Source: an uncultured Bacillales bacterium
GTDB taxonomy: Bacteria > Bacillota_I > Bacilli_A > RFN20 > CAG-826
Reading direction: 5' to 3'
Assembly: GCA_946183335.1 (NCBI GenBank)
Contig: CAMGZN010000001.1
Coordinates: forward strand, 1-38,292
Length of the DNA stretch: 38,292 nucleotides
This document shows, in pieces, positions 33,391-38,292 of the stretch. The notes below the pieces were generated by a model. The model did no database searches, was not told the DNA's origin, and saw nothing but the letters and a program-made list of their open reading frames with translations. A program made the position numbers and the translations under genes. The number at the start of each line of letters is the position of its first letter. The first letter of the stretch is position 1.

Positions 33391-34698
33391 ATGATAGCAA
33401 AAACAAGAAAAATTCATGATGCAATGGAAACAGTCGGTGCGCTTCAAGCCATTAGATATGTTGATCCAGAATTCATTTATTTAGCAGTCACAAATGCTCG
33501 TTGTGCCACTGCCGATGTTTTTGTTAAACCTGGCGATCATGTTGATTGCTGCCAAGTTGTTGGAATGAGACACGGTCCATTCTTTGAACAACCGATTCAT
33601 AGCACAGTCTCTGGAACTTTTGTTGGTATTGAAAAACACTACCACCGCAACGGAAAACTTGTTGATTATCTAAAGATTGAAAACGATAAGAAAGAAACAT
33701 ACGCTAAAGAAGTTAAGCAAAGAACTCCAGAGGAAATTGCAAAACTAACTAAACAAGACATGACTGCAATCATTAAGAATTGTGCTGTCGTCGGCTTAGG
33801 TGGTTCTTCATTCCCAACTTATATTAAATTCCAAACAGATAAACCAATTCACACCATTTTGGTTAATGGTATTGAATGCGAACCATTCATTAATGCGGAC
33901 CACCGCTTATTAATGGAGTATCCATACCGTCTTTTAGACGGAATTAAATATGTGATGCAGGCTTTTAACTGCAAACACGCCAAGATTTGTATCAAATCAA
34001 AGTACAAAGATATTAAAGAAGTTTATGATCAAGTTCTCAAAGAGAAAGCTTATGAGAATTCCGGTATTGAACTCTGCTTAGTTGGAAACTACTACCCACA
34101 AGGTTGGGAAGTAGAAATGATTAAAAATGCTGAAGGCATTCAACTTGCCCCAGGAGAGCTTCCAGCTAATCGCGGAATCATCAACTTCAATGTTTCAACT
34201 ATTGTTGGTATTTACAAAGCCATTAAATACAACATGCCAGTCATTAAGCGTTTTATCACAATTAGTGGAGACGGCATTAAATCCCCAAAGAACTTTAGAG
34301 TTCGCTGTGGAACCTCAATTAAAGAACTTATTCCACAGTGTGGAGGTTACACTGATGAAGAAACCGAAAAAGTCTTTATTCTAGGTGGACCAATGATGGG
34401 GGCGTCAGTCCCAAGTGATGATGTTATTATCACTAAAACAGTCACATCAATACTTGTATTGAATAAACGTAATTATCAAGAAGAACCATGTGTCAGATGT
34501 GGCTCATGTGTTCTTTCTTGCCCAGTTCATCTTGAACCAGTTCAAATCATGAATGCTGTTAAAGCACTTGATAAAGAACGCATTAAAAAACTAAATCCAC
34601 TTCGTTGTATCGAATGTGGTCTTTGTACATACTCATGTACATCGAAAATCCAAGTGACTGACTATGTCAGGAGGGCGAAATTATTCGCGAAAATGTAA
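33391..34698 (+). CDS. rnfC: Rnf electron-transport complex subunit C
   Basis: VVGLGGSSFPTYIKF (NADH/FMN-site GxGGxxFP), two ferredoxin motifs (CVRCGSCVLSCP and CIECGLCTYSC). The start is uncertain (ATG 33391 or GTG 33370). Confidence 0.88.
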   Translation: MIAKTRKIHDAMETVGALQAIRYVDPEFIYLAVTNARCATADVFVKPGDHVDCCQVVGMRHGPFFEQPIHSTVSGTFVGIEKHYHRNGKLVDYLKIENDKKETYAKEVKQRTPEEIAKLTKQDMTAIIKNCAVVGLGGSSFPTYIKFQTDKPIHTILVNGIECEPFINADHRLLMEYPYRLLDGIKYVMQAFNCKHAKICIKSKYKDIKEVYDQVLKEKAYENSGIELCLVGNYYPQGWEVEMIKNAEGIQLAPGELPANRGIINFNVSTIVGIYKAIKYNMPVIKRFITISGDGIKSPKNFRVRCGTSIKELIPQCGGYTDEETEKVFILGGPMMGASVPSDDVIITKTVTSILVLNKRNYQEEPCVRCGSCVLSCPVHLEPVQIMNAVKALDKERIKKLNPLRCIECGLCTYSCTSKIQVTDYVRRAKLFAKM

Positions 34699-35822
34699 TG
34701 ACAATCGTTAAGGAAAGCGCGCCACACTTACGAAGAAAAGCTTCTGTCACTAGAATGATGGTTGATGTTTTAATCGCGCTTTTCCCAACACTTGTTTTTG
34801 CCTTTGTTGTGTTCCCTTTGAATACTCTTTGGATCTTCTTAATCTCCATGGCAAGTATGAATGCTTGTGAATTCATTTATGTCGGATTAAGAAACATGAT
34901 GCCAAAGAGTGGAGAGAAACATTCCTTTAAGGAAAAGTTTATCTACGCCTACAAAGGCAAATACCATTTATCAAACTTCCTCACCGCATCAATCAGTGCA
35001 ATTATCTTTACTTTAATCCTTCCACCAGGAGCACCACTTTATGCCGTTCTTATTGGAGCAGTTGTTGGAATTACTTTAGGCAAACTTGTTTTTGGTGGAT
35101 TAGGCAGCAATATTTTTAACCCAGCAGCGGTTGGTATGGTCTTTGCAAAGCTTTGCTTTGGCGGACAATATGTTACCCTTCAAAGTTGGTACTACACCAT
35201 CCCAAAGGTTGATGGTGTCGCCGCCGGTACAGCTTTAGCCGAAGTTAACGGAGGGGCTTTAAGCAACCTTGGACATTATCCATTACTCAATCTTTTCTTA
35301 GGACAAATTCCTGGCACACTTGGTGAAGTCTTCAAGATTACGATTATCCTAGGATTAGTTTATTTATTGATCCGCCGTTCTGTTGATTATCGAATTGTCG
35401 TTTCTTACTTAGGAACATTTACTTTATTAATGCTTATTGCTGGATTAACTGTCCATGGCTTAAATAACTCAGTTAACCCATTCCACTTCACCGCATATAT
35501 GCTTCTTTCTGGAGGCGTATTGTTTGGCGCAACATTTATGTTAACTGATCCGGTGACGTCGCCAATTAACCCACCAAGTCGATGGATCTATGGCATAGTT
35601 GCCGCAGTCTTTACGGTGTTTATTCGTTTATTTGCCGCCCTTCCAGAAGGTGTTGGTTTCTCAATCTTAATTGCCAATATGGTTGCAGTCTTCTTAGACC
35701 ACTACGAATGGAGTAATCCACGTTATACATGGAAGAAGTTCTTAGCAATGGGACTGATTGTTGTCTTGTCTGCTTTGACGGTCTTCCTCGTCTTACAGTT
35801 TGGAGGTGTCTATCATGGCTAA
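34698..35822 (+). CDS. rnfD: Rnf complex subunit D
   Basis: Polytopic NqrB/RnfD family with SNIFNPAAVG and MLTDPVTSP. TAATG-fused to rnfC. Confidence 0.9.
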   Translation: MTIVKESAPHLRRKASVTRMMVDVLIALFPTLVFAFVVFPLNTLWIFLISMASMNACEFIYVGLRNMMPKSGEKHSFKEKFIYAYKGKYHLSNFLTASISAIIFTLILPPGAPLYAVLIGAVVGITLGKLVFGGLGSNIFNPAAVGMVFAKLCFGGQYVTLQSWYYTIPKVDGVAAGTALAEVNGGALSNLGHYPLLNLFLGQIPGTLGEVFKITIILGLVYLLIRRSVDYRIVVSYLGTFTLLMLIAGLTVHGLNNSVNPFHFTAYMLLSGGVLFGATFMLTDPVTSPINPPSRWIYGIVAAVFTVFIRLFAALPEGVGFSILIANMVAVFLDHYEWSNPRYTWKKFLAMGLIVVLSALTVFLVLQFGGVYHG

Positions 35823-36348
35823 TACCAAACGTTACGTAATAACAGCGATTACTCTTGGTTTAATCTGCGCAGCTAGTGGAGCTTTAATTGGTGTCACAAA
35901 CGCCATTACTGCAAAACGAATTGACCAAAACGAAAAAGACAATATTCAACGTGGTTTTGCAGAAATTTACGGTCAAAACCCGGTTGTTTCTGATCCAAAG
36001 CCAATTGAAGGAAAGGATTATACAAATCAAGTTTATACAGTCGAAATTGAAGGTGTCGAAGGTGTGCAATATGCCTTTAGAGCTGATGGTTCAAACATGT
36101 ATGGAAAGATTTCTATGCTTGTTGGTTTTGATAGCCTTAATCAATTTAAAGGAATGTCAATCATTGCTAATACTCAAACATATGCTTCGACATTGAACCA
36201 AAACTACATCGACAAAATTAAGACCGCTGAAAACAAAAGTGAAAAGATTGAAGACGTAAAGTGCGGAGCGACTTATGGCGCGACTTTAATTCGTGACATG
36301 ATTCATGAAGCACAAGAGGTCGCAAAACAAATAAATCCAAAGGAATAA
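35815..36348 (+). CDS. rnfG: Rnf complex subunit G (FMN-binding)
   Basis: N-terminal TM anchor and an FMN-attachment-type motif (KCGATYGAT). I moved the start to ATG 35815 (GGAGG 8 nt upstream), overlapping the rnfD stop. Confidence 0.85.
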   Translation: MANTKRYVITAITLGLICAASGALIGVTNAITAKRIDQNEKDNIQRGFAEIYGQNPVVSDPKPIEGKDYTNQVYTVEIEGVEGVQYAFRADGSNMYGKISMLVGFDSLNQFKGMSIIANTQTYASTLNQNYIDKIKTAENKSEKIEDVKCGATYGATLIRDMIHEAQEVAKQINPKE

Positions 36349-36349
36349 T

Positions 36350-37090
36350 ATGAAAAGAGAGAAAGGACAGACGAAGAAAAATTTCCTGAAAGGAATCATT
36401 CAGGAAAACCCATTACTTGTTTCAATTCTTGGAACATGTCCTGCTTTAGCGACGACAAAATCGCTTGAAGCAGCAATTGGTATGGGTATTCTTTTCACAA
36501 TCGTTTTGCTTTGCTCTAACGTCCTTGTTTCCTTACTGAGAAAACTTATTCCTGATGAAATCAGGACTCCAGCATATATCGTTATCATCGCGACCTTTGT
36601 CACGATGGTTAAGATGTTTGCGAATGCGTTCCTTCCAGAACTTTATTCAACACTAGGTGTCTTTATTTCACTTATTGTTGTTAACTGTATCGTTTTAGGA
36701 AGAGCAGAAGCTTATGCTTCAAAGAACACCGTCTTCGATTCGTTTATCGATGGCTTAGGTATGGGCGTTGGTTACACGATGGCCCTTTGCATAATGGCGT
36801 TCTTTAGAGAACTAATCGGAACAGGTGGATTTACCTTCGGACAAATCTTCACCTTCATTCCATATACAGCACTAATCATTCCTGGAGCAGAGAATTTTAA
36901 GATTTCCGTGTTCCAGAATCCGGCTGGAGCGTTTATCGTCTTTGGTTTAATTCTTGCAGTCATGGCGTTCTATAAAAATAGAAAAGCCGAGATGAAAGCT
37001 TGGGAAATAAAACAAGCCAAACTTAAAGCCGCAGAAGATGCCAAGAAGAAACTCGAGGCACAAAAAGCTAATGTAGGAGGACAACAATAA
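36350..37090 (+). CDS. rnfE: Rnf complex subunit E
   Basis: NPLLVSILGTCPALATT and VVNCIVLGRAEAYA are NqrD/RnfE signatures. It has an unusual K/A/E-rich C-terminal tail. Confidence 0.9.
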   Translation: MKREKGQTKKNFLKGIIQENPLLVSILGTCPALATTKSLEAAIGMGILFTIVLLCSNVLVSLLRKLIPDEIRTPAYIVIIATFVTMVKMFANAFLPELYSTLGVFISLIVVNCIVLGRAEAYASKNTVFDSFIDGLGMGVGYTMALCIMAFFRELIGTGGFTFGQIFTFIPYTALIIPGAENFKISVFQNPAGAFIVFGLILAVMAFYKNRKAEMKAWEIKQAKLKAAEDAKKKLEAQKANVGGQQ

Positions 37091-37683
37091 TGAGCGATTT
37101 TGTTACCTTCATTTTAGCGATTATCTCTGCAATGTTAATTGATAACGTTGTCCTTTCAAGATTCTATGGAATCTGCCCATTCCTTGGTGTTTCCAAGAAG
37201 GTTAAATCCTCACTTGGTATGGGAATTGCTGTAGTTTTTGTTATTTTAGTCGCAACTTGCGTCTGCTGGCCACTATACACTTATATCCTTGAACCGGCTG
37301 GTATTCCGTTCATGGATACAGTTGCCTATATTTTAGTCATCGCTTCACTTGTTCAACTCGTTGGTCTCTTCATTAAGAAGTATTCACCGTCGTTATATAA
37401 ATCACTTGGTATTTACTTGCCACTAATTACGACAAACTGTGCTGTGCTTGGTGTTGTTCAAACAAACACTGACACCGGCTTAAGATTTATTGATGCTCTA
37501 GCTAATGGCTTAGGAACATCAATTGGGTTCTTAGTCATTATCGTCGTCTTTAGTTGTATCCGCACCAGACTTGAAAGTGCGAATACACCAAAAGCATTTA
37601 AGGGTCTTCCAATTGCCCTGATTACTGCCGCCATTATGGCGATTGCTTTAATGGGCCTACAAGGATTATTCGCGGGGATTTAG
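37090..37683 (+). CDS. rnfA: Rnf complex subunit A
   Basis: DNVVLSRFYGICPFLGVS and ITTNCAVLGV are NqrE/RnfA signatures. TAATG-fused to rnfE. Confidence 0.9.
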   Translation: MSDFVTFILAIISAMLIDNVVLSRFYGICPFLGVSKKVKSSLGMGIAVVFVILVATCVCWPLYTYILEPAGIPFMDTVAYILVIASLVQLVGLFIKKYSPSLYKSLGIYLPLITTNCAVLGVVQTNTDTGLRFIDALANGLGTSIGFLVIIVVFSCIRTRLESANTPKAFKGLPIALITAAIMAIALMGLQGLFAGI

Positions 37684-37685
37684 TT

Positions 37686-37910
37686 ATGACACAAACTGAG
37701 TATTTAATCGTCGCTATCATTATCCTTGTTGTCCTTGCGGTAACATTTATTGTTTCTTTCGTTCTCTATAAGAGAACACCGAAACCAAAAGGTTGCGAAG
37801 ACATCGAAATTAGCGAAGAAAAGTGCGCTGGTTGTAATAACGAATCTTGTGCTTTCTATAAAGAAAAAGATTCGATCGAGGTTTTAAAAAACAAAAAGGA
37901 GGAAAAGTAA
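37686..37910 (+). CDS. Small membrane-anchored Cys-rich protein (hypothetical) between rnfA and rnfB
   Basis: One N-terminal TM helix, then GCEDIEISEEKCAGCNNESC (4 Cys) and a K/E-rich tail. Gaps to its neighbours are 2 nt and 1 nt. Coding status is inferred from position and the TM-plus-Cys architecture only. Confidence 0.55.
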   Translation: MTQTEYLIVAIIILVVLAVTFIVSFVLYKRTPKPKGCEDIEISEEKCAGCNNESCAFYKEKDSIEVLKNKKEEK

Positions 37911-37911
37911 G

Positions 37912-38232
37912 ATGGATGCAATATGGATTGCTGTATTAATTCTACTTGGCTTAGGTCTCCTTTTAGGTCTTGGTCTTGCGATTGCCGAGAAGATTCTACA
38001 TGTCAAAGAAGATGAGCGTATTGATGAAGTCGCTAAACGTCTTCCAAATTATAACTGTGGATCTTGTGGTTATGCTGGATGTAAAGGTTTGGCTGAAGCC
38101 ATCGTTAAAGGCGAAGAAGAAAACTTAAAGAAATGTAAACCTGGCAAAGAAGAACAAAACTTCAAGCCAATTATTGAATACCTGGATCAACATCCAAATG
38201 AAGACGGATCAAAGGTTAAAGTTCATTTATAA
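37912..38232 (+). CDS. rnfB: Short RnfB-like subunit (TM anchor plus a single CxxCx4C...C cluster domain, no ferredoxin domains)
   Basis: N-terminal TM (IAVLILLGLGLLLGLGLAIA) and NCGSCGYAGCKGLAEAIV...C, which matches the RnfB N-terminal Fe-S domain. It is only 106 aa and has no CxxCxxCxxxCP motif. Confidence 0.7.
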   Translation: MDAIWIAVLILLGLGLLLGLGLAIAEKILHVKEDERIDEVAKRLPNYNCGSCGYAGCKGLAEAIVKGEEENLKKCKPGKEEQNFKPIIEYLDQHPNEDGSKVKVHL

Positions 38233-38292
38233 TGAAAAGATTGATCCTTCCATTATTATTTTCACTTTGTTTGTGTTCGTGCGCAGAACCTA
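38232..38292 (+). CDS. Start of a lipoprotein gene (partial; candidate ApbE-type flavin transferase by context only)
   Basis: The ATG overlaps the rnfB stop (TAATG). MKRLILPLLFSLCLCSCAEP is a signal peptide with a lipobox. The identity beyond the signal peptide is not visible. Confidence 0.5.
   Translation, partial: MKRLILPLLFSLCLCSCAEP

Noticed and set aside
1-38292. Mobile elements, CRISPR arrays, tRNA/rRNA genes, prophage or defence-system genes.
   Set aside because: I recognised no transposase, integrase or recombinase motifs, no regularly spaced direct repeats, no tRNA-like cloverleaf sequences in the intergenic gaps, and no unexplained coding gaps large enough to hide such genes.

Overview
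AT-rich, standard-genetic-code chromosomal segment that looks like a low-GC Gram-positive anaerobe (Bacillota-type). The evidence is the cysS-rlmB-sigH-rpmG-secE-nusG gene order, GGAGG ribosome-binding sites, an Rnf complex and Fe-S/molybdenum enzymes. It is densely coding, with about 45 protein genes. I found no rRNA, tRNA, CRISPR array, transposase, integrase or phage gene.

Blocks:
- (i) 1-1600: an ArsR-type metal sensor plus a P1B heavy-metal ATPase (runs off the left edge), with a clear promoter and operator.
- (ii) 1647-6389: a housekeeping block of nusG, secE, rpmG, a tiny Zn-ribbon ORF, an Mrp/NBP35 Fe-S carrier ATPase, a SigH-like sigma factor, rlmB and cysS.
- (iii) 6407-7618: a single-chain Fe-S L-serine dehydratase.
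- (iv) 7701-24843: the centrepiece. A roughly 16-kb, 14-gene, translationally coupled minus-strand operon plus a divergent carbamate kinase. It encodes homologues of the E. coli ygeW/ygeY/hyuA/ssnA/xdhD/ygfM/ygfJ/yqeA neighbourhood, two three-subunit molybdenum hydroxylases, a PreA-like flavin/Fe-S reductase and two PLP enzymes. I read it as an anaerobic, ATP-yielding purine/urate catabolic system in a variant gene composition (no YgeX/DpaL, no YgfK).
- (v) 24915-29714: a gdhA-DUF1015-serC-serA operon.
- (vi) 30091-33261: an Sfp-type phosphopantetheinyl transferase, an unknown membrane protein, an MscS-type channel and a lipoprotein.
- (vii) 33391-38292: rnfCDGEA, followed by an extra small Cys-rich membrane protein, an unusually short RnfB, and the start of a lipoprotein gene.

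Non-coding signals worth attention:
- A roughly 30-nt block shared by the purine-operon and gdhA promoter regions, containing PurBox-like ACACGAA/TTCGTGT elements.
- Strong intergenic enrichment of TTGCTGG.
- Three TATAAT-N9/10-ATG (leaderless-type) gene starts.
- Ten TAATG stop/start fusions.

All family assignments come from motif recognition by eye. No database search was run.
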